The notes below the pieces were generated by a model. It did no database searches. It saw nothing but the letters and a program-made list of their open reading frames with translations, and was not told where the DNA came from. A program made the position numbers and the translations under genes. From Candidatus Cloacimonadales bacterium (GTDB lineage Bacteria; Cloacimonadota; Cloacimonadia; Cloacimonadales; JAIOQZ01), in NCBI GenBank assembly GCA_963662655.2, contig CAXXTU010000002.1:2784001-2848000 (forward strand): a DNA stretch of 64,000 nt. The letters run 5' to 3'. This document shows, in pieces, positions 40,344-49,901 of this stretch; the first letter of the stretch is position 1; the number at the start of each line of letters is the position of its first letter.

Positions 40344-41867
40344 ATGGCGATTGTCCTGAACGGTACAGGTTTAACAGTTGAAAAGCTTGTCCAGATAGCA
40401 CGTCACAACGAGAAAGTGGAGCTTCACCCTGACGCGGTGGCTCGCATCAACACCTGTCGCGAGATGCTGGAGAAGAAAATCCGTCAGCATGAAATCATGT
40501 ACGGGGTCAACACCGGAATCGGCGAGTTTTCCGAGGTTGTTCTCAGCGACGAACAGATCAAAGACTTTCAAAAGTATCTGATTTACAATCACGCTGCCGG
40601 TATCGGCGATCCAGCCCCCATCGAGTACGTTCGCGGTGCGATGACAAGCCGCGCCAACATCCTTTCCAAGGGTCACTCCGGTTGCCGACTTCAGATTGTG
40701 GAAACCCTCGTCGCGATGCTCAACGAAGGCGTCACCCCCTACGTGTGCCAGAAGGGTTCCGTAGGCGCGTGTGGCGATCTTGCGCCGATGTCGCAGATTG
40801 CTCTTATGATGATGGGCGAAGGCCACGCCTACTACAAAGGCGAGCTCCTGCCGGGAAGAGAAGCGCTCGACCGCGCCGGAATCCCGGTACCGGGACTCGA
40901 GGCGCGCGACGGACTGGCAACCATCAACGGTTCCAATCTCCTTACGGCCATGAGCGCGATCATGCTTTACGATACCGATCGCTGGCTGCGTCAGGCGGAA
41001 ATTGCCTGCGCGATGAGCCTTGAAGCGCTGATGGCAAACATGAAGCCCTATCACCCGCTTCTCCACGAAATCCGCGGATTCGACGGCGCGCAGCGCGCCG
41101 CAAGGGCGATCCGCACCGTTCTCGAGGGCGGAGACGTCTTCGAGGGCAACCTCAAGATGAAGGTTCAGGACGCCTATTCCATGCGTTCGGCTCCGCAGGT
41201 TATCGGCGCGGCGCATGACCAGGTTCGCTGGGCGAAATCGCAGGTGGAAATCGAACTGAACAACGTCGGCGATAACCCCATCTTCTTCCCAGAACACAAC
41301 ATCCAGCTCTCCGGCGCGAACTTCCAGGGATCGCCGGTTGCCGTTCCCATGGACATGGTGGGGGCGGTCGTGACGATGGTCTCCGTGATGTCCGAGCGAC
41401 GCATGAATCGCCTCAACCACCCGGCGCTGAACATCGGCCTGCCGGCATTCCTCACCAAGGGTGCGGGTATGATGTCCGGCTTGATGCTGAGTCAGTACAC
41501 TGCCGATATGCAAATCGTGGAGCAGAGAATCCTCTCCATGCCGGCCTCGATCCAGTCGATCCCCGCCGCGGCGGACCAGGAAGACTTCGTTTCGATGGGC
41601 ATGAACACCGCGATCAAGAATTTCCAGATCATGGACAACGCGTACGGCATTCTCGGAATCGAATACATGGCGGCGGCGCAGGCCCTCGATTTCAGAGACT
41701 ACAAGCTCGGTAAGGGCACGGGAAAAGCAAAGGAGATCATCCGCAAGTACGTCGATTTCCTCGACGTGGATCGTCCGCTCTATCCCGATCACACCAAGAT
41801 GAAGGAACTGGTTAAATCCTGCGAGATTCTCGAAGCTGTCGAAGCCGAAGTGGGTCCGCTGGTATAA
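40344..41867 (+). CDS. hutH: Histidine ammonia-lyase (aromatic amino acid lyase family), ACG variant of the MIO motif
   Basis: YGVNTGIG, NHAAG, GSVGACGDLAP, QDAYSMR, DNP, SGANFQG, QEDFVSMG. Confidence 0.85.
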   Translation: MAIVLNGTGLTVEKLVQIARHNEKVELHPDAVARINTCREMLEKKIRQHEIMYGVNTGIGEFSEVVLSDEQIKDFQKYLIYNHAAGIGDPAPIEYVRGAMTSRANILSKGHSGCRLQIVETLVAMLNEGVTPYVCQKGSVGACGDLAPMSQIALMMMGEGHAYYKGELLPGREALDRAGIPVPGLEARDGLATINGSNLLTAMSAIMLYDTDRWLRQAEIACAMSLEALMANMKPYHPLLHEIRGFDGAQRAARAIRTVLEGGDVFEGNLKMKVQDAYSMRSAPQVIGAAHDQVRWAKSQVEIELNNVGDNPIFFPEHNIQLSGANFQGSPVAVPMDMVGAVVTMVSVMSERRMNRLNHPALNIGLPAFLTKGAGMMSGLMLSQYTADMQIVEQRILSMPASIQSIPAAADQEDFVSMGMNTAIKNFQIMDNAYGILGIEYMAAAQALDFRDYKLGKGTGKAKEIIRKYVDFLDVDRPLYPDHTKMKELVKSCEILEAVEAEVGPLV

Positions 41868-41884
41868 ATAATTGATAGCTATCT

Positions 41885-41912
41885 CGGGGGGATTTATTCC
41901 CCCGGCATTTTA
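41885..41912 (+). terminator. Probable terminator after hutH
   Basis: CGGGGGGA-TTTAT-TCCCCCG hairpin followed by ATTTT. Confidence 0.55.
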
Positions 41913-41958
41913 ATGAAATGAATCTCAGGATTAGTTGAGAGGCATATAATCGTAACGA

Positions 41959-42041
41959 CCCTTCGATACGCCGGTAGGATGTCGGCACTCAGGGTGACCG
42001 GATTTGTCGCGTTGAGTGATTTTCAGATGAAATTGTATCGA
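41959..42041. repeat. Inverted pair of REP-like repeats (CCTTCGA...CTCAGG family)
   Basis: CCCTTCGATAC-GCCGGTAGGATGTCGGC-ACTCAGGGTGAC followed by the inverted degenerate GTCGCGTTGAGT...GTATCGA. Confidence 0.6.
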
Positions 42042-42071
42042 TAAAAGCTGAAGAGAAAATCTCAGGTAAGA

Positions 42072-44303
42072 ATGAAACGAAGAATATTGTATTTTACTCC
42101 GCTCCTCGCGCTCGTGCTGCTTGCAGGCTGCACGTTCGCTTATTTCAATGTGTTTTACAACGCGGAACAGTATTTCAAGGACGCGCAGGAAGCCCCGCTA
42201 CGCGATAATGGAAAACCGAACGCAAACGCGGTGCAGAACTATAACAAAGCAATCAAGAAGTGCGGAATTATCCTCACCGATTACAAGGACAGCCGGTGGG
42301 CGGACGACGCATTGTACATGCTGGCCCGGTGTATGTATTACAAGGGAAATAGCTACACCCAGGCGCAGGAAAAATTCACCGATTTAATAAACTTCTACCC
42401 CGAAAGTCCCTTCGTGGGGGATTCCTGGCTGTATATCGCCAAATGCTATTACGAAATCAACAAGAAGGACGACGCCTACAAGGTGCTGAAGGATTTCATC
42501 GCCAATTCGGAGTTCGAGGACTATCATCCGCAGGCGTTGCTGCTCATTTCCGATTTCTACGTTCAACAAAAGCAGTTCTTGCTTTCCGAACGCTACCTGC
42601 AGCAGCTTCTCGACGAATACAAGGATTCCGATCAATACGAAGAAGCCTTCCTGCTGCTTGGCAAGATGCATAAGGAGCAAAGAGAATTCGAGAAGTCGAA
42701 CGAGGTCTTTCAGCAGCTTCTCGATTCCCGCGTCGATCGACGCCTCAAGCTCGACGCCCGTTACCTGATGGGCGAGAACTACATCGACCTCCACGAGTAC
42801 GAAAAAGCCTTGAAGATCGCCAATAAATTGATGAAAGACGAGTACCTCGGAGAGAACATCCCCAAAGCCCAGCTTCTGCAAGCCCGTGCGTATGTCGGAC
42901 TCAACCGGCAGGACGAGGCGATCGACCTGTTCGACCGCATCATCAAGGACAATAACCATACGCTGGTCGCGGCGGCGGCTTCATACCACATGGGCGATAT
43001 GTATTTCAAGAGAGATATGGATTTCGAGAAGGCTGTCGAGGCTTACAAGCAAGTAGGGAAGCACAGCAAGAATTCGGAATTCTACAAGGAAGCCGACACC
43101 CGCGAGGACATCGCTTCTCAGATCAAGGGTTTCTACGATACGGAACGAAAAGTCGAGATGGTGCAGAGATTCAAGGATGAGCTTCGGCTGGCCGAGTACT
43201 ACCTTCTCATTCTCGAAAAACCGGATTCGTCTCTGGCTGTTTACGACAGACTGGCCATGCAGGAACATCTTATCCAGCACGATATGGATTCGCTGATCGT
43301 CCAAATCGATTCCCTGACGGTGCTGAACGATTCTCTCATGATTGCTCGAATCGATTCGCTTCAGGATTCCAAAGGCGCGATCGAAACCTCACTCGATCAA
43401 CTGCATAAGGAGTTCATTCCCTTCAGTAAATTCGTGAGTATCTGGATATACCTGAACAAGAAGAACGATCCGGAAGCGGCGCGGCAAATTGCCTCCGCGC
43501 TGGAAGAGAAATTTCCCGATAACAAATACACGTACGCCGCCGGAAAGCTCATCGCGGGTGAACCGGTGGAGATTACCACTTACAGCGAGATCAAGGCGAA
43601 GGAGGAGTTCGATTCAGCCATTACGCTCATGAACTCCGAGCCGCAGATTACTATCAACCGCATGAAGGAAATCGCCGAGCGATACCACAACGATGTCAGC
43701 CGACAGGCGGAGTTTACTGCGGGTTATATCTACTATTTCATTCTGGATGACGCCACATCGGCAAGGCCGTGGTTCGAGCGTGTTCTGGAACAACAGGACG
43801 ACTACTCGGATTTCATCGGTACGATCTACCGCGACAGCGTATTCATCAGAACCGAACGACTCCCCTATCTTGTCGAGCTGGAAGAACTGGAGAAGCAGAA
43901 GTTACTGGCGCAGCAGGATAGCCTTCTTGTAACGGATTCGACGGACGTGGTCGCGCAGGAACCGGACAGAATGGATCCGCCGGGACTGCCGCACGGATTC
44001 CATGAAGACGATGTGGACAGCGCGCCAAGAGCCCTCATGCAGGAGATGCCCATGTACCCGCCGGGTATGATGGATAAGGAAGAGGCCCAGAGCGGAGCCG
44101 TCGTTCTGGACATCCTCGTCACCCCCGACGGCACGGTGGAAGACATCCGCGTGAAAAGCTCCTTCATGCCCGGACCGAACGAGTTCGACGAATCGGCGAT
44201 TCGCGCCGCCCGGAATTGGGTCTTCACGCCAGCGAGAAAGAATGGGGAAGCGGTTCCTTACCGCATGATCGTATCCGTTCCTTTCGATAAACCCGGAGAA
44301 TAA
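42072..44303 (+). CDS. TPR lipoprotein with C-terminal TonB_C-like domain
   Basis: Lipobox LAGC; YFNVFYNA, SRWADDALY and TPRs; C-terminal PMYP...GAVVLDILVTPDGTV..FDESAIRAARNWVFTPARKNGEAV. Confidence 0.8.
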   Translation: MKRRILYFTPLLALVLLAGCTFAYFNVFYNAEQYFKDAQEAPLRDNGKPNANAVQNYNKAIKKCGIILTDYKDSRWADDALYMLARCMYYKGNSYTQAQEKFTDLINFYPESPFVGDSWLYIAKCYYEINKKDDAYKVLKDFIANSEFEDYHPQALLLISDFYVQQKQFLLSERYLQQLLDEYKDSDQYEEAFLLLGKMHKEQREFEKSNEVFQQLLDSRVDRRLKLDARYLMGENYIDLHEYEKALKIANKLMKDEYLGENIPKAQLLQARAYVGLNRQDEAIDLFDRIIKDNNHTLVAAAASYHMGDMYFKRDMDFEKAVEAYKQVGKHSKNSEFYKEADTREDIASQIKGFYDTERKVEMVQRFKDELRLAEYYLLILEKPDSSLAVYDRLAMQEHLIQHDMDSLIVQIDSLTVLNDSLMIARIDSLQDSKGAIETSLDQLHKEFIPFSKFVSIWIYLNKKNDPEAARQIASALEEKFPDNKYTYAAGKLIAGEPVEITTYSEIKAKEEFDSAITLMNSEPQITINRMKEIAERYHNDVSRQAEFTAGYIYYFILDDATSARPWFERVLEQQDDYSDFIGTIYRDSVFIRTERLPYLVELEELEKQKLLAQQDSLLVTDSTDVVAQEPDRMDPPGLPHGFHEDDVDSAPRALMQEMPMYPPGMMDKEEAQSGAVVLDILVTPDGTVEDIRVKSSFMPGPNEFDESAIRAARNWVFTPARKNGEAVPYRMIVSVPFDKPGE

Positions 44304-44309
44304 TCCCAC

Positions 44310-44954
44310 ATGGCATCCGGTGATACGCCCTTGCAGCGGCTCAAGCCGTTTCCGGCGTTGGTCGCCTATACGCTGATATTCTTTCTGACCGCATTTTCGA
44401 GCATGAAGGCGTTCTATTTCATCGGGGCGTTTTCTCTGTTCTACAGTTTGCTGGATTTCCAGGTGTTACTTCTCTGGATACGCTTCGTGGCACGCATATC
44501 CGTCTTCTTCATCGTGTATATCCTTTCGGGATTCTTCTTCTATATTCCGTTTCCCGAGCAACTGCATTTCATCCTGAGAATTGTCCTCTTCCTCCTGATT
44601 TCCACGATGATCGTGCGCTCGGTTACGCTCGATGGGCTCTATCGCTCCGTGTCGTTTATCCAGTCTCGGAAATTGCGAGACTTCTCATTCTACCTGTTCT
44701 GCACGCTCATGTTCATTCCCGTGCTTTTTCAGGAATACGACGCGCTGCGCAAAGAACCCGGGAAGAGGTCGTTGAAGTTGTACGTCGAACGCCTGGAAAA
44801 GACCTTCCACGGTGCGATGGATCACGGCGAAAGGATCGCTTCGGAGGCCACCAGGGCGCTCGATGGCGGTGAGGGGAAAAGCGCATCGCTCATCGCCATG
44901 CTAACGCTTTTTTTCTACACAATGTCGGTGATCGTCATCTTTTTCCTTGCGTGA
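44310..44954 (+). CDS. Membrane protein, weakly EcfT/CbiQ-like
   Basis: Several TM helices; LRIVLFLL and LMFIPVLFQEY resemble EcfT. Confidence 0.45.
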   Translation: MASGDTPLQRLKPFPALVAYTLIFFLTAFSSMKAFYFIGAFSLFYSLLDFQVLLLWIRFVARISVFFIVYILSGFFFYIPFPEQLHFILRIVLFLLISTMIVRSVTLDGLYRSVSFIQSRKLRDFSFYLFCTLMFIPVLFQEYDALRKEPGKRSLKLYVERLEKTFHGAMDHGERIASEATRALDGGEGKSASLIAMLTLFFYTMSVIVIFFLA

Positions 44955-45000
44955 AATGGAGCCGTTCTCTAAACATTCGCGGAAAAGGAGATCGCGAAAT

Positions 45001-46926
45001 TTGAAACTACGAATCCGGTTACTCGTTACCGTCTGGCTGATATGCGTCGCTTCCCTGGGCGCGGAGGTGCGCGCCGTCTGGGCGCCTGTGTGGGATATCG
45101 ACACACCGGAAAAGATCGACGAGCTGGTTCGCGATGCCTACACCTACAATTTCAATCAGATCATCGCGGAAGTCAGATACCGCGGTGACGCGCTCTATAT
45201 CCCCAATCGCGACAACAACGATTTCCCCAATCCGGAGCCAATCTGCTACCTTGTCGAGGCATCCGGATTCGACCCTCTGCAATATCTGATCGATCAGGCC
45301 GGAAAGCACAACATCGAAGTCCACGCCTGGTTCACCGTTTTTGTGGTGACGCCGCACGACGAGGCCAACATGCGCCCGGGGAATGTCTATTACAAGCACC
45401 CTGAGTGGATTACCGTGAACAACCACGGCAAAAAGATGCGCATGAACGAACATGAGGGGGCGTTTCTCGATCCGGGTATCCCCGAGGTGCAGGACTATCT
45501 GGCAAGCGTGATCCTTGATGTCGCGTCCAATTACGAGGTCGACGGCATACACCTCGATTACATTCGCTACCCCGAGTTCCAGCTGGGTTACAACCCCCTG
45601 GCGATCAAGCAGTACGAGGCGCAGACGCCGGTTCCCACCGAATCCACCTGGCTTGCATGGCGACAGTTGCAAACCGAGCGTTTGATGGCGCGTATCTATG
45701 CCGAAGTGAAGGCGATCGATCCCTCCATCGCGGTTACGGCATCGGTCAAACCGGATATCCGTTCCGCTCGCAGCGAGTATGGCCAGAACTGGATTGACTG
45801 GATTCTCAAGGACTATGTCGATTATGTGTATCTGATGGCCTACACTACTTCGGACACTGAGCTCCAGTCCCAACTGGGCAACCTGAGCATGTACGGTCTC
45901 GAGAATCGCATCGTATGCGGCTTAAGAGCGTGGATGAACAAGGGTTCCTACTCGGTTCAGCGCATCTTCTCCAAGATATCGATGGTTCGGGATGGGGGAT
46001 ATGCCGGTGTGGGACTCTTCTACTATACCGGACTGAAGGAGAACGGCTATCTGAAGGAATTGAAGAAGAATCGCTTCCAGAAGAAGGTCGCTCCGCCATC
46101 AACGACGCCCGAAAGCGGTATGATTTACGGATATGTCCGCAGCGCGGACGGCGCGCCCCAATACAACGCTTCCATGCTGCTTCGTCCCACGGGCAGTTTT
46201 ATACAAACGGACGCCAACGGCTTCTTCCTGTTTACCGATTTGAACAACGGCGAGTACAGCCTGAAAGCGGATAAGGACGGCATAACCCAGAGCCAGCCCA
46301 ACCTGGTTATCGATGACAATAATATTGTGCGCATGGTGCGCTTTTCCTTCCTCGACGGTTTCGGACAGGAAGAGCCGGAAGACGATATCCCGCTCCAGGC
46401 GTACGGCAACCGCGAGGAGATTGTGCTGCACTGGCTGATGGATCGCTGGAGCCCGGTCTCGATCTACCGGAAGAAGATTCCCCGAGGCGGGTGGTCGGGC
46501 ATGGAGCTCTTTGAGCTCATCCACATCATCGTCGATTCGACCGATTACTGGGTGGATCGCGATGTATCCGGCGAGAACCAGTACTACTACCGCATCATGA
46601 CCGCCGACGATCGGCAGAGCGATATCAGCCTCTCCGAGCTCTCATCCGCAAAACAACCGGTGGAAGTGTACATCTATCCCGATAATGGTGAGGTGCGGTT
46701 CGATTTCGATCTGGAGCGCTCCGATCAATTGAGCTGGAAGCTTCTGGACGCGCAGGGAAAGCTGCTGGTGAAGAACGAATCCTACTACGAGGTGGGAAGA
46801 ACCACGGAATACTGGAACGGCGTCACGGAAGAAGGCATTCACATCCCCGACGGCGTATACACGTTCCGGTGTTTCTCGAAGCGATCGTTAACGGAAACCG
46901 AGCAGGCGATTGTTCTGGTAAAGTAA
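45001..46926 (+). CDS. GHL10/DUF187 (DigH/YddW-like) glycoside hydrolase with carboxypeptidase-regulatory-like and FlgD-like domains
   Basis: EVRAVW, FDPL, IEVHAW, LDPGIPEVQDY, VDGIHLDYIRYP, QNWIDW; C-terminal WNG...PDGVY. TTG start after AAGGAG. Confidence 0.82.
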   Translation: MKLRIRLLVTVWLICVASLGAEVRAVWAPVWDIDTPEKIDELVRDAYTYNFNQIIAEVRYRGDALYIPNRDNNDFPNPEPICYLVEASGFDPLQYLIDQAGKHNIEVHAWFTVFVVTPHDEANMRPGNVYYKHPEWITVNNHGKKMRMNEHEGAFLDPGIPEVQDYLASVILDVASNYEVDGIHLDYIRYPEFQLGYNPLAIKQYEAQTPVPTESTWLAWRQLQTERLMARIYAEVKAIDPSIAVTASVKPDIRSARSEYGQNWIDWILKDYVDYVYLMAYTTSDTELQSQLGNLSMYGLENRIVCGLRAWMNKGSYSVQRIFSKISMVRDGGYAGVGLFYYTGLKENGYLKELKKNRFQKKVAPPSTTPESGMIYGYVRSADGAPQYNASMLLRPTGSFIQTDANGFFLFTDLNNGEYSLKADKDGITQSQPNLVIDDNNIVRMVRFSFLDGFGQEEPEDDIPLQAYGNREEIVLHWLMDRWSPVSIYRKKIPRGGWSGMELFELIHIIVDSTDYWVDRDVSGENQYYYRIMTADDRQSDISLSELSSAKQPVEVYIYPDNGEVRFDFDLERSDQLSWKLLDAQGKLLVKNESYYEVGRTTEYWNGVTEEGIHIPDGVYTFRCFSKRSLTETEQAIVLVK

Positions 46927-47177
46927 ACCCCCAACTTTATGTAAAGATGGGGGGGAGAATTTTCATTTTTTTAAAATGAAAATTCCATTTTGCTTTTTCT
47001 TCTCTGTGTATAGATGAGATTCATCTATTTCACATACGATCTTAGCAAGTTCCTACAAAGCTTCTTCATATACTTTGTATTCAGAACTCACTATTGAAAG
47101 TATGATACAGACTAAGTAAAAGGAAATAAGAATAATTTTTAAAAACTATTTCATTTTCCTTCCCCTTTGTATTTTAT

Positions 47178-48524
47178 GGCACTGTTGCAAACTTAGTGGG
47201 TAAGTCGAAAAAAAGATTGAGAGGAATCACCCGATCTCGTACAATCTCCTAATCACCACAACAAGGAGATAGAGATGAATGATCCTCTCAGAAAACAAGT
47301 CTGTAAAACGTTGTTGGCTTTGCAAGGTTATTCTGCCGACCAGATAATCGAAGGTACGTATCAAACTTATCCATGCATTGAAGTCCATGTTCGAAAGGAA
47401 GATGAGCCACGTTGTCCTACATGCGGTATTGTGGGAACAGTTTATGATCATCGAGTCCGCAAAATTCTTCATGCATCCATATCCTGTCGTCCCGTAGTAC
47501 TTGTGCTGACGCTTCGCCGGATCAACTGCGCTCAGTGTGGAGTGAAAACTGAACAACAGGATATTGCCGAGGGTCTCAATCGACACTCTAAAGACTTCGG
47601 CAATAAGGTTCTCCAGTTCACGCTTCGTTCAGACAATGCTTCTGTAGCACGGATATTCGGTGTGGATCGGAGTACGATTTATCGAATCGACAAAATTGAG
47701 TTATCCAAGTTGGAAAAGGGTTATAGAGGACGAGTTCCGAATGTCGATCAGATTGCAATTGACGAGATTGGTTATAAGCGAAGGCATAAGTATGCAACGG
47801 TTATCACAAACCATGAGGACGGGCGTGTGATCGACCTGACAATGGGCAAATCGAAAGAAAGTGCGAAGGAGTTGTTTCGAAAATACGAACGACGACTCCG
47901 CTGGATTGATACCGTAACAATGGATTTCAGTGGTTCATATATCGGCGCTGTTTCCGAGTGTTGGAGTGCCGATATGATCGTATTTGATCGTTTCCATTTC
48001 AGCCGCCTGGTCAACAGAAAAGTGGAAGAAGTACGACGAGAACTTCAGAGAGATTTTGAATCTGACAAGTTGCGTCAGAGCAAGAAACACGACCGGTGGT
48101 TGGTTTTGACCAGAAAACACAATCACAAAGAAAACCATCAAGCCCGACTCAAGAAACTGGAGACGCTAAATCATCCCCTTTACGAAGCCTATTTGCTCAA
48201 AGAAGATTTACTATCGATTTTCGAAGACGATATTACGCAAGAAGAAGCGAAGCCGATGATTGAAGAGTGGTGCAGAGTTATTCAGAAAACCGTCTTCGAG
48301 CCACTGAAGGCACTTGCAAGAACGATTATGAAGAGATTGCATATTGTGTTGAACTGGTTCAAGCATAGAATCACGAATGCCAAGGCAGAAGCGGTTAACA
48401 ACGTCATTCGAACCATTATAAAGAGAGCGTATGGATACAAGGACTTCTCATACTTCAGATTGAAGGTTCTGCAATGTTGCGGATATCTGAATACCCATTC
48501 ACCCACTTAATATGCAACAGTGCC
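47178..48524 (+). mobile_element. ISL3-family insertion sequence, copy 2 (1347 bp)
   Basis: Same IRs as copy 1; perfect 8-bp TSD TATTTTAT at 47170-47177 and 48525-48532. Confidence 0.95.
47275..48510 (+). CDS. ISL3 family transposase
   Basis: 411 aa; three visible amino-acid differences from copy 1 (F/L, A/T, C/R). Confidence 0.95.
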   Translation: MNDPLRKQVCKTLLALQGYSADQIIEGTYQTYPCIEVHVRKEDEPRCPTCGIVGTVYDHRVRKILHASISCRPVVLVLTLRRINCAQCGVKTEQQDIAEGLNRHSKDFGNKVLQFTLRSDNASVARIFGVDRSTIYRIDKIELSKLEKGYRGRVPNVDQIAIDEIGYKRRHKYATVITNHEDGRVIDLTMGKSKESAKELFRKYERRLRWIDTVTMDFSGSYIGAVSECWSADMIVFDRFHFSRLVNRKVEEVRRELQRDFESDKLRQSKKHDRWLVLTRKHNHKENHQARLKKLETLNHPLYEAYLLKEDLLSIFEDDITQEEAKPMIEEWCRVIQKTVFEPLKALARTIMKRLHIVLNWFKHRITNAKAEAVNNVIRTIIKRAYGYKDFSYFRLKVLQCCGYLNTHSPT

Positions 48525-48637
48525 TATTTTATTTACCCTTTCCAGGATATAACTATGTTATAAATATGATTTGAAAAATGTTAGATTATAAAAAATAAAT
48601 TACCTAGAAGTTTTGGCTCTGTTGCACCTTCCTTCAT

Positions 48638-48701
48638 GTCATCCTGAGCGGAGTCGAAGGATGGGTTCAGTATTGAATGATCTTTCGACTCCGCAAAGTG
48701 A
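48638..48701. repeat. REP-like doublet (GTCATCCTGAGCGGAGTCGAAGGA family)
   Basis: GTCATCCTGAGCGGAGTCGAAGGA ... TCTTTCGACTCCGCAAAGTGA inverted partner. Confidence 0.7.
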
Positions 48702-48741
48702 TTGCGTATGGGGCCTATCGTGTTGATATATAATGAGTTAA

Positions 48742-49800
48742 TTACGAATTCTTCGGATTCTTCAATCCCGTGCGGAGCTTGTTGTTCACCTCTCGTTTCA
48801 CCCGTGCAGCGAGACGCCCATCATAGGTCTCAAGGAAAGTCTTCACCGCTTCGCGATCGTATTTGACCATCTTGCGCAGAACCCACGAGAGCGCTTTCAC
48901 GATCATGTCTTCGTGATCGTCCACCATCATCTCCGAGAACCGGAGCATGCGCTCCACATCCCCCATGAGGTAAATCGTGCTCACCAGCGCGGTGCTTCGC
49001 CACCAGACGCTATCCGATTCCGCCCATCGCAGGGGCATGGAGTCCGGAACATTCCCGTTCTTCCAGGCGGGTCCGACGATGTACATCGAATAGGTGTCGG
49101 TGGTGTCCCAGCTATTGATGCCATTCCCAAGGTGTTCCACCTGCTTTGCATTCAGCGCGTTCAACGCCTTCTTGTGATTGTGAAGCATCTCGTACGCTAC
49201 GTATCGTTGCCCATACTCGGAGAGCAGGATTTCGGCAAGTAAATACATCTTCTCCACGGGCGCTTTCTTCCAGATATTCGAGTAGTAACGCCGGATATTG
49301 CGAATACTTGCCGTATAACCGTCGCTCATCAGCTCAAGGTGGCGCTGTATTGTCGCTGCCTGAAGCTCGGGGTCGAAAACCTGTTGCCACTTGCCGGCGG
49401 TAATCTTATCGAACTGCTCTTCAGAATACTCCAAGAAATGATACATGACGATTCTATCGTTCTCGACCTGGGTGTGGAGCATCCTGGCAATTTGGAAATC
49501 CTCGATATCGGGTAGATTGTAATACGATCCGGTGGCGCGGTAGATAAGCAACGCCTGATTGTCTTGTACGTAAATTTCTGAAATGAGCATAACAACATTC
49601 GGCCATTTCTCCAGGTAGTAACCCCAGTTTCTGACGAGTGTCTCTTTACCCGGGTGCTCGTCCGTATTGTTGTCAACAAAGACGCATTGGTCGGAAAGCA
49701 GATTCGCAATGGAATTGATATCATGCGCATTGATCGCATGAACGTACCTGAGTGCTGTTCGCAAAGATTTTGTAGAAAGCATGACCAAATCCTGACGCAT
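48742..49800 (-). CDS. SnoaL/NTF2-like domain fused to an AlkD-like DNA alkylation repair domain
   Basis: N-terminal YVHAINAHD...LLSDQCVFVD; C-terminal INSWDTTD, WAESDSVWWR, MIVKALSWVLR, AARVKREV..KL.TGLK. Confidence 0.72.
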   Translation of the reverse strand: MRQDLVMLSTKSLRTALRYVHAINAHDINSIANLLSDQCVFVDNNTDEHPGKETLVRNWGYYLEKWPNVVMLISEIYVQDNQALLIYRATGSYYNLPDIEDFQIARMLHTQVENDRIVMYHFLEYSEEQFDKITAGKWQQVFDPELQAATIQRHLELMSDGYTASIRNIRRYYSNIWKKAPVEKMYLLAEILLSEYGQRYVAYEMLHNHKKALNALNAKQVEHLGNGINSWDTTDTYSMYIVGPAWKNGNVPDSMPLRWAESDSVWWRSTALVSTIYLMGDVERMLRFSEMMVDDHEDMIVKALSWVLRKMVKYDREAVKTFLETYDGRLAARVKREVNNKLRTGLKNPKNS

Positions 49801-49901
49801 TTTTGACGGAATTATAAAAACTTGATCCGAATGGTCAAGATAAATTTTGACCCGATGTGATAATGATAAACTCGCGGAACTGATTGTAATTCAGGAAGAT
49901 A

